A stretch of DNA of 64,000 nucleotides from Lama guanicoe. Taxonomy: Eukaryota. Under the pieces are notes generated by a model. It had not been told where the DNA came from, did no database searches, and saw only the letters and a list, made by a program, of their open reading frames with translations. Positions 13,300-25,800 of the stretch are shown here, in pieces. The DNA lies in the NCBI GenBank assembly GCA_013239625.1, contig MU053418.1, positions 186,001-250,000 on the forward strand, written 5' to 3'. A program made the position numbers and the translations under genes. How positions within the stretch are numbered: position 1 is the first letter of the stretch; every line of letters begins with the position of its first letter.

Positions 13300-14270
13300 T
13301 TTGAGTTAAGAACTAGAGTAACCCTTTCATTTCTTCCCTCTATCAACGTTTATCTACATTTGATTCATGAACAAAAAAAGCTACTCAAATCCATATAATA
13401 CTAACATAAGAAGAAAGCACAAAATGTGAATTAACAGGGTTTTAGTTGGTATATTCTTTCCCCATATAAACACAAAGTAGAGGAACACACAACTCTTCAG
13501 TATTAAGTAATTTCAGATAGGAAGGAACTTTAAAAACCAGAAATTGAAGATGTATGATAGAAATTGGGAAAAAGTGAATGTTAGTAGATGAGTTAACTCA
13601 GGAAAGAAATAGTAGAGCAGAGAACATCTCAGATAAAAAGGTTAAATTACAGTGTACCTAAGGGGGAAGAAAGATGAGCCAAAGTACAATAAATGGCATA
13701 CAGGAGAGGAATGGAAAGAGACCATGGTGGTGGGGGGAAAATAAGATTGGACAAGGATGAGGAAGAGAGTAAGAAAAAGTAGAATCCCTAAATAACAAAA
13801 ACTAAGTAGTGGAAGATAACTAATACTTAAAACTATAATCCAAGGAAACTTCTCATAAAGAAAAGAAAAACTGAATTTACATATTGAAAAGGCTCTGTGT
13901 GCCAAAGAGAATTGACCTAGAGTGGGAAACACCAAGAGAGGTTCTAATAAAATCACTAGACTTATTTAAAAGTTAAAAAAAGAAAAAGTCCTCTGGGTCT
14001 TGGAAAAATATCTAAATTACTTGGCAAGGGGAGAACATTAAGATGATGTAATCCTTGTAAGCAACGTATAAATACATAAAACAAGGGTAGTAGAACCGAG
14101 TATTTTTTCTCAAGAAAGTGTGAAGCAAGAATTTATATGCAGCCAAGATGTTCTTCAAATGAAAAAACTACATTTCAGATTCTATGAAATATAAATAAAG
14201 CAGTGATTGGAGGAAATTTTATAGCCTTAAATAGTTCTGTCAATAAAAGTGAAAGAATGAAAATAATTAG
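13300..14270 (+). mobile_element. Ancient L1ME/HAL1-like ORF1 fragment
   Basis: A-rich decayed ORF1 motifs (ATAATCCAAGGAAACTTCTCA, CTGAATTTACATATTGAAAAGGC, AGAATTTATATGCAGCCAAG). Confidence 0.45.
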
Positions 14271-17200
14271 CATTATGGCTATAGCCATTACCAAACCATA
14301 CAGACACTGGGGGGTTAGCCTCCCACTTTCTCCCAGTAGTTATCGATGAATTTCCAATTAATTACCAGGTTATTATGCTTCTGTCCCACACTGCTGCCAC
14401 TTTAATGTAAGTCACTCATATATGTATTCTAATTTTCTAACATCTTTCTGATGTGCTATTTGCCTCTTCTATTGTAGTTTTCTAATCTAAACTGCTTATA
14501 TCTCTCTCTTCAGTGGCTCCTCATTATTTTTATTTGCATCTACAAAGTAAAGGGATGAACATTCCAAAGATGTATAAGAGAAGTCCAAATAGTATGAAAT
14601 AGAAGAATATCTATTCATATTTTTCTTTCACATAAATACAAAAATTAATGAAAACTTGTCAGTTTTTAATAGGCTAATATATGTAAATGTATGATAAATT
14701 AATAAGCAGATATCAATTTAGTGAGTATACAAAATATATTTAAAAGACAAATTAAGACTTACTTCATGTTCTGTAACCTGACTTGACTATCACCTTCTAA
14801 TTACTCTTGGTCCTATACCCTATTCTCATACTGTCTTATATGTAGTTTCCTAAATTGTCATTTTTTTCATACATCTATGCCTTTGCCCATTCTATTTTCT
14901 TTATTCCTAAAGTTTACATTAGTCAGTTTGATCCCTAATAAAATCTAACTTGATAATAAAGAATGCAAATAACTATCCCCATCTATGGCTACCTTTTTTC
15001 TGACTGAAATATAGTTGATGTGCAATATTGTTACTTTTAGGTGTACTACATAATGATTTGACATTGCAAATCATTATGATCACCACAATAAGTCTAGTAC
15101 CTTGTGACCCCGTACAAGTTTATTACAGTATTACTGACCATATTCCTTATGCTGTATATTACATCCCATGACTTACTTATTATTTAACTGGAGGTTTGTC
15201 TCTCTTAATCTCCCTCACCTATTTTGCCCACCACACCCACTGAGACAGCCTCCCTCTGGCAAATAACCATTCGTTCTCTGTATCTATGAATTTGTCTTCA
15301 TTTTGTAAGTTTGCTTTGTTTTTTAGATTCCTCATATAAGTGAAATTATGTAGTGTTTGTCTTTCTCTTATTTCACTAAGCTACTACTCTATCCATCCAT
15401 GTTGTTGCAGATGGCAAGATTTCATTCTTTTTTTAAGACTATGATTCCATTGTGTGTGTGTATATATATGTGTGTCTATATCTATATCTTTGTCTCCTTT
15501 ATCTGTTCATCTCTCCATGAACACTCAGGTTGCTTCCATATCTTTGCCATTGTAAATAATGATGCAATGAGCATTGAAGTGTATGTATGTTTTCAAATTA
15601 GTGTTTTTGTTTTCTTTGGGTAACTACCCAGAAGTGAAATTCCTAGATCATATGGCAGTTCTATTTTTAATATTTTGAGGAACCTCCATACTTTTTTTCT
15701 AGTGGCTACCTCAGTTTACCAGCAGTGCACAACAGTTCCCTTTTCTCCATATCCTGGCAAACACTTGTTCTTTGTTGTCTCTTTGATGATAATTGTTATG
15801 ACAGGTGCGAGGTGACCTCATTATGGTTCTGATTTGCATTTCCCTGATGATTAATGATGTTGAGCATCGTTTCATTTGTCTGTTGGCCACCTATAGGTCT
15901 TTGTTTATTCATGTTCTCTGCCCATTTTTAAAATTGGGTTTGTTTATTTGATATAGAGTTGTATGAGTTCTTTGTGTATTTTAGATATTAACCTATTTGG
16001 GAATATATTGTTTGCAGTTATCTCCTCCATTCAGTAGGCTGCCTTTTCATTTTGTTGATACTTTCCGTTGCTGTGCAAAACCTTTTCAGTTTGATGTAGT
16101 CTCATTTGTTTATTTGTGCTTTTGTTACACTTAACCTGAGGAAACAAATCCAAAAAAAACTGCTAAGATGGATGATAAAGAGTATACTGCCTATGTTTTC
16201 ATCCAGGAGTTTTATGGTTTTAAGACTTACACTTAGGTATTTAATCCATTTTTGAGTTTATTTTTGTATAGTATGAGAAAGTAGTCCAGTTTGATTCTGT
16301 TGCATGTAGCTGTCCAGTTTTCCCAACACCATTTATTGAAGAGGTTGTCTTTTCCTCATTGTATATTCTTGACTCTTTTGTCATAGATTAGTTAACGATT
16401 TAAGTGTAGGTTTATTTCTGAGCTCTTTTCTGTTCCATTGCTCCATGTATCTGTTTTTGTGCCAGTGTCATACATTTTGATTACAATAGCCCTGTAGTAT
16501 GGGTTGACATTAGGGAGCATGATACCTCCAGCTTTGTTGTTCTTCCTCAAGATTGTTTTGTCTGTTTGGGGTCTTTTGTGTTTCCATGCAGATTTTAGAA
16601 TGATTTGTTTTAGTTCTATAAAATGTGCCCTTGGTATTTTGATAGAGATTGCATTTAATCTGTACATTGCCTTGGGTAGTATTGTCACTTACACAATATT
16701 AATTCTTCCAATTTATGAGTATAGAATACTGTTTCATTTTTTTATGTGCTATCTTTAGTTTCTTTCATCAGTGTCTTAGTTTTTCTGAGTGCAAGTGTTT
16801 TACCTTCTTGGTTAGATTTATTCCTAGGCCTTTTACTCCTTTTGATGCAATAGTAAATGAAATTTCTCTTTCTGATAGTTCATTGTTAGTGTATAGAAAC
16901 ACAACAGATTTCTGTACATTAATTTTATATTCTATAACTTTACTGAATTCATTTATTAGTTCTTAAAGTTTTTTGGTGGTGTCTTTATAATTTTCTGTGT
17001 ATAGTATCATGTCATCTGCAACAGGGACAATTTTACTTTCTTTTTTTATTTGAATTCTCTTCCTTTCTTTTTCTTATCTGATTGCTATGGCTAGGGCCAC
17101 TAGTTCTATGTTGAATAAAAACAGCAAGAGTTCATATCTTTGTCTGGTCCTGATTTTATAGGAATTGCTTTCAGTTTTTCACTATTGAGTGTGTTAGCTG

Positions 17201-17299
17201 TGGACTTGCTGTATATGGCCTTTATTATGTTGAGGTGTGTTCCCTCTATACCCACTCTGCTGGAGTTTTAGTCAGAAATGAATGTTGTCAGAAAGGATG

Positions 17300-19790
17300 G
17301 CCACCCTCACCACTTTTATTCAGCATAGTTTTGAAAGTCCTAGCCACAGCAATCAGAGAAGAAAAAGAAATAAAAGGAATCCAAATTGGAAAAGAAGAAT
17401 TAAAACGTCACTATGTGCAAATGACACAATACTATACATAGAAAATCCTAAAGATGCAACCAAAAAACTACTAGAGTTCATCACTGAGTTTGGTAAAGTT
17501 GCAGGATGCAAAATAAATATACAAAACTCATTTGCATATCTAAACACTTATCAACAAAATACCAGAAAAAGAAATTAAGGAAATAATCTCATGTACCATC
17601 CCATCAAAAAGAATAAAACACCTAGGAATAAACCTATCTAAGGAGGCAAAGGACCTGTACTCCAAAAACAATGAGACACTGATGAAATAAATTGAAGATG
17701 ACATACAAAGAGGGAAATAAACAACATGTTCTTGGATTGTAAGAATCAATGTTGTTAAAATAGCTATACTACCCAAGACAATATACAGATTTAATGCAAT
17801 CCCTATCAAATTATCAATGACTTTTTTTACAGAACTGGAACAAAAAATTTAAAATTTGTATGGAAACACAAAAAACCCACAAAGAGCCAAAATAGTCTTG
17901 AGAAAGAAGAACAGAGCTGGGGAATCTCACTTCCTGACTTCAGACTATACTACAAAGCATCAGTAATCAAAACAGTATGGTACCAGCACAAAAAATAGGC
18001 ACACAGACCAATGGAACAGGATAGAAATTCCAGAAAGAAGTCTATGCACTTATGGTCAATTAGTCTACAACAAAGGAGGCAAGAATATACAGTAAAGAAC
18101 AGATAATCTCTTCAATAAGTGGTGCTGGGAAAACTGGACAGCTAGCTACATGTAAAAGAATGAAATTAGAACATTCTCTAACACCAGATACAAAAATAAA
18201 CTGAAAATGCATTAAAGATCTAAATGTAAGACTGGATACTATAAAACTCCTAGAGGAAAACATAGGCAGAACACTCTTTGATATAAATCACAGCAATATT
18301 TTTTTTGAACCAGCTCCTAGAGTAATGGAAATAAAAGCAAAAATAAACAAATGGGACCTAATTAAACTTAAAGCTTTTGCATAGCAAAGGTAAACAAATT
18401 GAAAAGACAACCTACAGTATGGGAAAAAATATTTACAAATGACATCCAGATGACCAACAGGCACATGAAAAGATGCTCAATACTGCTAATTAAAGAAATG
18501 CAAATCAAAACTACCATGAGGTATCACCTCAAGACCAGTCAGAATGCCTGACATTAAAAAGTCTACAAATAAATGCTGGAGAAATTGTGGAGAAAAAGGA
18601 ACCCTCCTACACTGTTGGTGGGAATTGGTGCAGTGATTATGGAGGATAATATGGAGATTCCTTTAAAAACTGAAAATAGACTTACCAGCAATCCCACTCC
18701 TGGGCATATATCTGGAGAAAACTATAATTTGAAAAGACACATGCACCCCAGTGTTAATAGCAGCACTATTTACAATAGCCAAGACATGGAAATAGCCTAA
18801 ATGTCCATTTACAGATGGCTGGATAAAGACAATGTGGGGAATGTGTGTGTGTGTGTGTGTGTGTGTGTTGGAATATTACTCAGCCATAAAAATAATGAAA
18901 TAATGTCATTTGTAGCAACATGGGTGGACCTAAAGATTATCATATTTAGTGAAGTAAGACAGAAAGACAAATATCATATGATATCACTTATATGTAGAAT
19001 CTAAAAAAGACATAAATTTTATTTACAAACCAGAAGTAGACTCGTCAACATAGAAAAACTATGGTTACCAAAGTGGAAGAAGAGAGAAGGATAAATTAGA
19101 AGTTTGGAATTAACAGATATACACTATTATTTATAAGATAAACAACAAGGACCTACTGTATAGCACAGGGAACTATATTCAGTTTCTTGTAATAAGCTAT
19201 AATGGAAAAGAATCTGAAAATATATGTATGTATGTATGTATGTATGTATACATACATGAATGTATTTTGTGAAATTTTGGGAAGGTGACAAATATCTGTA
19301 GGCACATATAGCTGAGAATTTTATACTGCTGCCCCTTAGAGAATTTCCATAGAATTCAATTCCATTATTTAAAGTTATTTTTCTATCAACTAGCTGCAAT
19401 TTGAAACTTAACACAGTAACTAGATTGGCTATACTAAAACTATCTTAAGACAGTTTTGTCAACTGTGCTTTAATTTACAAAGGTTATTTTAAAGTCCTAT
19501 TCTTCTGACTATTCTAAAGATTATATGTTCTTTTTGTGGTGTATATATATGTATATATATATATTTGCTTTGTTGTACACCTGAAAGTAACATTGTAATT
19601 CAACTACACTTCAATAAAAAATAAAAAATTTTAAAATATGTAAACAAATATATACATGTATATGCATGACTAGGGTATTGTGCTGTACACCAGAGACTGA
19701 CACAGTGTAACTGACTGGACTTCATTTAAAAGAAAGAAAAAAGGAAAGAGAAAGAAAGGAAGGAAGGAAGAAAAGATATAAAAATTGTAA
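17300..19790 (+). mobile_element. Younger 5'-truncated sense L1 nested in the antisense L1
   Basis: RT peptide [31 protein letters not shown] at the 5' end, a cetartiodactyl-type 3'UTR (AAGGACCTACTGTATAGCACAGGGAACTATATTCA) and an A-rich tail. Candidate TSD AAAGGATG at 17292-17299 and 19791-19798. Confidence 0.88.
18842..18868. repeat. (TG)n microsatellite
   Basis: Seen directly, inside L1. Confidence 0.95.
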
Positions 19791-19941
19791 AAAGGATGTT
19801 GAATTTTTTAATCTATTGAAATGATCATATGATTTTTATTCTTCAGTTTGTTAATGTGGCATATCACATTGATTGATTTGCAGATATTGAACCATCCTTG
19901 CATCCCTGTGATAAATCTCACTTGATTAGGGTGTATAATTT

Positions 19942-20898
19942 GTTTTTCACTGTGTGAAGTCATTTAATATTATGCAAAGAACAATTTAACAAATTGCTTT
20001 ATAGTTCTAAATCTCTACTTGAATGGCTTTTTAAAAAATAAATTTTATTTTAGAATAGTTTTAGAATAACAGAAAAGTTGCAAAGATAGTACAAAGAATT
20101 CCCAAATACCCCATGTCCAGTTTTCCCTATTATTATCTTACATTAGTATGGTACATTTTTCACAATTAACTGATATTGATATATTATTATTAACTAAAAT
20201 TGATGGTTTATTCATATGTCTTTTTTTCTAATAGACTTTATTCTTTTGGAGCAGTTTCAGGTTCACAACAGAATTGAGCAGAAAATACAAAGAGTTCGAA
20301 CATAGCTCTCCCCACCTACACATAGATACTCCCCTACCCTCAACATCCTTCATCAGTGTGGCATGTTTGGTACAATTGATGAACCAACATGGGCACATTA
20401 TTATCAACCAAAGTCGTTAGTTTACATTAGGGTTCACTCTTGATGTTATACATTCTGTGAGTTTTGACAAACGCATAACAACATGTAGCCACCACTATAG
20501 TATCATACAGAATAATTTCATTGTCCTAAAAATCCCTTGTGATCCATCTGTTCATTCCTCCCTCCCTCCCTCCCTCTCCCCAAACCCTGGAAACCACAAT
20601 CTTTTTCTTGTTTCTGTAGCTGTGCCTTTTCCAGAATGTCATTTGGTTGGAATCGTATAGTTTGTAGCCTTTTCAGACTAGCTTCTTTCATTTAGTAATA
20701 TATCTTTTAAGTTTCTTCCATGTCTTTCATGGCTTGATAGATCAGTTTTTTTTCCTGCACATATATTTTTAATTTACATATATGTACTATTCATTGTTTC
20801 TAGGAACATTTAGAGCTTTAGCTTTTTAAACTTACATAATTATCAAAGGAATAAAGCCAACCACAAAATAAGAATTAACTCAAAAAGATACATACAAG
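19942..20898 (-). other. TSD-flanked retrocopy of a transcript 3' end containing old L1MC-type fragments
   Basis: 13-bp direct repeat GGGTGTATAATTT at 19929-19941 and 20899-20911. Minus-strand ATTAAA (19968-19963) lies 15 nt before a short A tail. The host L1 resumes collinearly. Confidence 0.75.
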
Positions 20899-20989
20899 GG
20901 GTGTATAATTTTTTAATGTATTGTTGAATTCAGTTTGCTATTTTGTTGAGGATTTTTTCATCTCTATTCATCGGTAATATTGGCTTGTG

Positions 20990-21082
20990 ATTTTCTTTCT
21001 TTCCTTCTTTCTTTCCTTCCTTCCTTCTTTCCTTTCCTTCCTTTCCTTCCTTCCTTTCCTTCCTTTCCTTCCTTTCTCTCTT

Positions 21083-21115
<33 letters not shown>

Positions 21116-21185
21116 TCCTTCCTTCCTTCTTTTCTTTTCTTTTCTTTTCTTTTCTTTTCTTTTCTTTTCCTTCCTTCCTTCCTTC

Positions 21186-21218
<33 letters not shown>
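20990..21218. repeat. Compound polypyrimidine microsatellite (TTCC/TC/TTTTC/TTTC)
   Basis: ~230 nt of only C/T on the + strand. Confidence 0.97.
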
Positions 21219-21219
<1 letters not shown>

Positions 21220-24200
21220 GTGGTGTCTGGTTTTGATATCAGAGTGATGCTGGCCTTGTAGGATGAGTTCAGAAACATTCCTTCCTCTTCAGTTTTTTGC
21301 AGTAGTTCAAGAGGGATACGTGTTAACTCTTCTCTAAATGTCTTTGTAGAGTTTACCTGTGAAGCCATCTGGTCCTGGAGTTTTGTTTGTTGGAAGCTTT
21401 TTAAAATTACCAATTCAAATTTCATCACTGGTAATTGGTCTGTTCAGATTTTCTATTTCTTCCTAATACAGTTTCAGGAGATTGTTTCCAGGAATTTATC
21501 CATTTCTTCCATGTCATTCATTTTATTAGCATATAATTATTTGTAGTAATCTCTTAAAATCTTTTGTATTTTTGTGATGTCAATTGTAACTTCTCTTCAT
21601 TTCTAATTTTATTGATTTGGGTTCTCTTTTTTTCCTGATGAGTCTGGCTAAAGGTTTATCAATTTTGGTTATCTTTTCAAATAACCAGTTCTTAGTTGTT
21701 TTTCTTAAATTATACTTTTAGTGTTTTAATTCTAGCATTTTCCTTTTTTTCTTTTTTTGCTATTGAAGTATGGTTGATTTATAAACCACCTGTTAGTTTC
21801 ATTGATCTTTTCTATTGTCTTTTAAGTCTCTCTTTCATTTGTTTCTTCTCTGATCTTTATTATTTCTTCCCTTCACTAACTTCAGAGTTTTTTATAGTCA
21901 CTTTAGGTGTAAGGTTAAATTGAGATTTTTCTTGTGTCTTGAGGTAGCCCTGTATCACTATAAATTTCCTTCTTAGAACTGCTTTTGCTATGTCCCATTG
22001 ATTTTAGCATGTTGTGTTTCCACTTTCCTTTGTCTCCAGGTATTTTTTTTAACTTTCTATTTGATGTCGTCAGTGAGCCATTGGTTGTTTAATAGCATGT
22101 TGTTTAGCTTCCAGGCATTTGTGTTTTTTTGCAGTTTTTTCTTATAGTTGATTTCTAGTCTTATACTTCTGTGGTAAGAAAAGATGCTTAATAAGATTTC
22201 AGTCTTCTCAAAACTATTGAGACATCTTTGTGGCCTCACATGTGATCTGTCCTGAAGAATGTTGCATGTATGCTTGTAAATAATGTGTATTGCTTTCACA
22301 TGGAATGTGCTATATATTTATTAAGTCAGGCTGCTGCAGTGTATCTTTTAAGGCCAGTGTTTCCTTATTGATTTCTTGTCTGGATGATCTGTCCATTAAT
22401 ATAACTAGGGGGTTTAAGTCCTCTCCTATTACTGTTACTGTCAACTTCTCCCTTTATGCTTGTTAATATTTGCTTTATGTATTTAGGTGCTCCTATGTTG
22501 GGTGCATACATACTTACCATTGTTATATCCCCTTGGATTGATCCCTTTATCATTATGTAATGTGCTCTTTTGTCTATTGTTACAGTCTTTGTTTTAAAGT
22601 CTATTTTGTGTGATGTAAGTATTGCTACCCAGCTTTCTTTTTACTTCCATTTGCATGGAATACTTTTTCCTATCCCCTCACTTTCAGTCTGTGTGTGTGT
22701 TGAGATCTTGAGTCCATTGTAGGCTTTCAGCCACCCTGTATTTTTTGATTGGAGCATTTAGTCCATTCACATTTAACATGATTATTGATAGGTATATAAT
22801 TATTGCCACTTTATTAATTGTTTTCTTATTATTTTGTAATTCTTTTGTATACTTTCTTTTTCTTAATTCTCTTCCCTTGTGATTTGATGACTGTCTCCAG
22901 TGTTATGTTTGGATTTCTTTTTTTAAAATGGATCTATTATAGCTATTTGGTTTGTGTTACCATGAGGTTTATATACAAGAACATGTGTGTGTATGATTAT
23001 TTTAAGTTGATGATCTCTCAAGTTCAAACACATTCTAACAAGCCTGCATTTTTACTCCCCCGTCCACATTTTATGTTTCTGACTATGTATTTTAAATCTT
23101 TTTGTTTTGTGTATCCCCTAACTACTTATCGGGGATATAGATGATTTTACTACTTTTGTCTTGTAAACTTCCTGTTAGGTTTATAAGTGGTTTATCCACT
23201 ACCTTTAGTGTATGTTTGCCTTTACCAATAAGATATTTTCTCTTTCTTATTTTCTTATTTCTAGTTACGGTCTTCTCTGCTTAGAGAAATCCCTTTAACA
23301 TTTCTTGTAAGGCTGGTTTTGTGGTGATAAACTTGTTTAGCTTTTGCTTGTCTTTAAAGCTCATTATTTCTCCTTCAAATCTGAATGATAGCTTTTATGG
23401 GTAGAGTATTCTTATTTGTAGGTTTTTGTCTTTCATCACTTTGAATATTTATGCCACTCCCTCTGTCCTGCAAAATTTCTGCTGAAAAGTCAGCTGCTGG
23501 TCTTACAGGAATTCCCTTGTTCATAACTAGTTGCTTTTCTCTTGCTGCTTTTAAGGTTCTGTATCTTTAATTTTTCCATTTTAATTATAATGTGTCTTGG
23601 TATGGACCTCTTCTGAGTTCCTCTTATTTGGGACTCTGTGTTTCCTAGACCTGGATATATGTTTCTTTTCCCAGGTTAGGGAAGTTTTTAGCTATTGTTT
23701 CTTCAAATAAATTATCTGCTATCCTCTCTCTCTCTCTTCTCCTTCTGGGACCCCTATAATGTGAATGCTTGATGTTGTCCCAGAAGTTTCTTAAATTATT
23801 TTCAGTCTTAAAATTCTTTTTTCTTTTTTCTGTTCAGCTTGCATGATTTCTACTACTCTGTCTTCCAGTTCACTGATCCATTAATCTACTGTTGATTCCT
23901 TCTAGTGTCTCTTTTGTTTGTTTCACTTATTGTATCCTTCAGCTCTGTGTGTCTAATACTTTGTTAAAATTCTCACTGTTCATCCCTTCTTCTCTTGAGT
24001 TCAGTGAGCATCTTTAGGACTTTTAACTCTTTATCAGGTAGAATGCCTGTCTCCACTTCTCTAAGCTTTCTCTGAGGTTTGTCTTATTCTTTCATTTGGA
24101 ACACATTCCTCTGTATCCTCATTCTGCCTAATTCTGTTTTTATTTTTATGCATTAGGTAGGTTGGTTACATTTCCCAATCATAGAGAAGTAATCTTATGT

Positions 24201-25208
24201 AGGAGATGTCATATGAGGCCCAGGCAGCACACCCCTCTCTGGCCACCAGAGCTGTGTGCTCCAGGAGATCCCCCTATATGGGCTGCACGAGCCCTTCTGT
24301 TGTTTCAGGGCTGACTGTTGTGGGGACACTTGCAGGCAGGGCTGGCCCCAGCCCTGTTGGAAGCCAGGCCCTAACTCGTGCAGAGGCTGCTGGCCCACTG
24401 TTGGAAGGGACTGGGTCCCTCTGTGGCTGGCTGCACAGCCGGTGGAATGCCTGGACTGGGGCCCGGGGTGGCTGGCTGCATGGCCTGGGGTGTCCTGGGT
24501 ATTGGCCCACTGGTGGGCAGGTAAGCCTCCAGCACTAATGGGCTACAAGGAGGACTCCAAAGTGGTGCTTACTAGTACCTCATGGTAGAAAGAGCTCCCC
24601 AGAATGGCTGCTGCCAGTGTCTATGTCCAGAGGGAGTCCCAGCTGCCTCTGCCTCTCCAGGAGGTGCTTCAAGATCAGCAAGTGGGTCTGAGCCAGTCTT
24701 TCAAATCACTGCCTCCTCTGCAGTGTGACTTGGAGCATGTGAGATTTTGCATGCGCCCTTTAAGAGTGGAGTATCTATTTCCTGCAGCCCTCTGGCTCTC
24801 TAGTTAGCAAGGCCCACTGGCCTTCAAGGCCAGATACTCTGGGGGTTCATCTTCCCAGTGCAGGACCCCCAGGCAGGGGAGCCCAATGTGGGGCTCAGAC
24901 CCCTCACTCCTTGGGAAGAACCTCTACTTTTGACTATCTTCCCATTTGTGGGTCACCTACTTGGGGTATGGGTCTTGACTGTACTGTGTCTGCCCCTCCT
25001 ACCTGTCTCATTGTAGTTCCTTCTTTATGTATTTAGTGTGGGGAATCTTTTCTGCTACTCTTCAGGTCATTTCCAGAAATAGTTGCTCCCAGGCATGGAG
25101 TGGTATTTCAGTAAATACATACTGAAGAAATACTTTATGTGTGTATAAAACAGGGTACAGAGTTAGAGTGTATAGAGTAAACCCTACAGTTGGCACATGA
25201 AGAGCTAA

Positions 25209-25601
<393 letters not shown>

Positions 25602-25704
25602 TGAGAACTTCATTGTTCTGCTCCGAAAGCAGCACTTCCGTATCCTTCAGAGTTGCTGTATTCCAAGCAATTTATAGTATTTGCTTTATCTTCTCTGTTA
25701 ATAG

Positions 25705-25800
25705 GTTATCGTGTGAATAGGCCAAATGCAGTCTTCAAGTTGAAGCAAGGAAAAGAGCCATGGATATTAGAAGTAGAATTTCCACATCGGAACTACCCTG
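25705..25800 (+). CDS. ZNF25: ZNF25 KRAB-B exon
   Basis: TAATAG acceptor, canonical 96 nt, GTAAGT donor. Encodes (G)YRVNRPNAVFKLKQGKEPWILEVEFPHRNYP. Confidence 0.96.

Larger units (their letters stand above)
14995..25090 (-). mobile_element. Near-full-length antisense L1 (3'UTR, ORF2, ORF1, 5'UTR) carrying nested insertions
   Basis: Collinear ORF2 peptides on the minus strand: ILPKAMYRLNAISIKIP (16688), YKASITLISKPD (~21260), IRLEINYKKK...WKLNNMLLNNQW (~22150) and IKGSIQGDITMVSMYAPNIGAPKYIKQIL (22553). ORF1 region ~23250-24100; GC-richer 5'UTR 24200-25090. Confidence 0.92.

Noticed and set aside
17280..17310. Twin-priming inversion of a single L1 at the strand switch
   Set aside because: The antisense L1 resumes collinearly at ~19795 and the sense piece has its own 3'UTR and tail, so this is a nested insertion.
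20964..21428. Lys/Glu/Arg-rich and Phe/Leu/Ser-rich ORFs
   Set aside because: Translations of the pyrimidine microsatellite plus decayed L1 ORF2.
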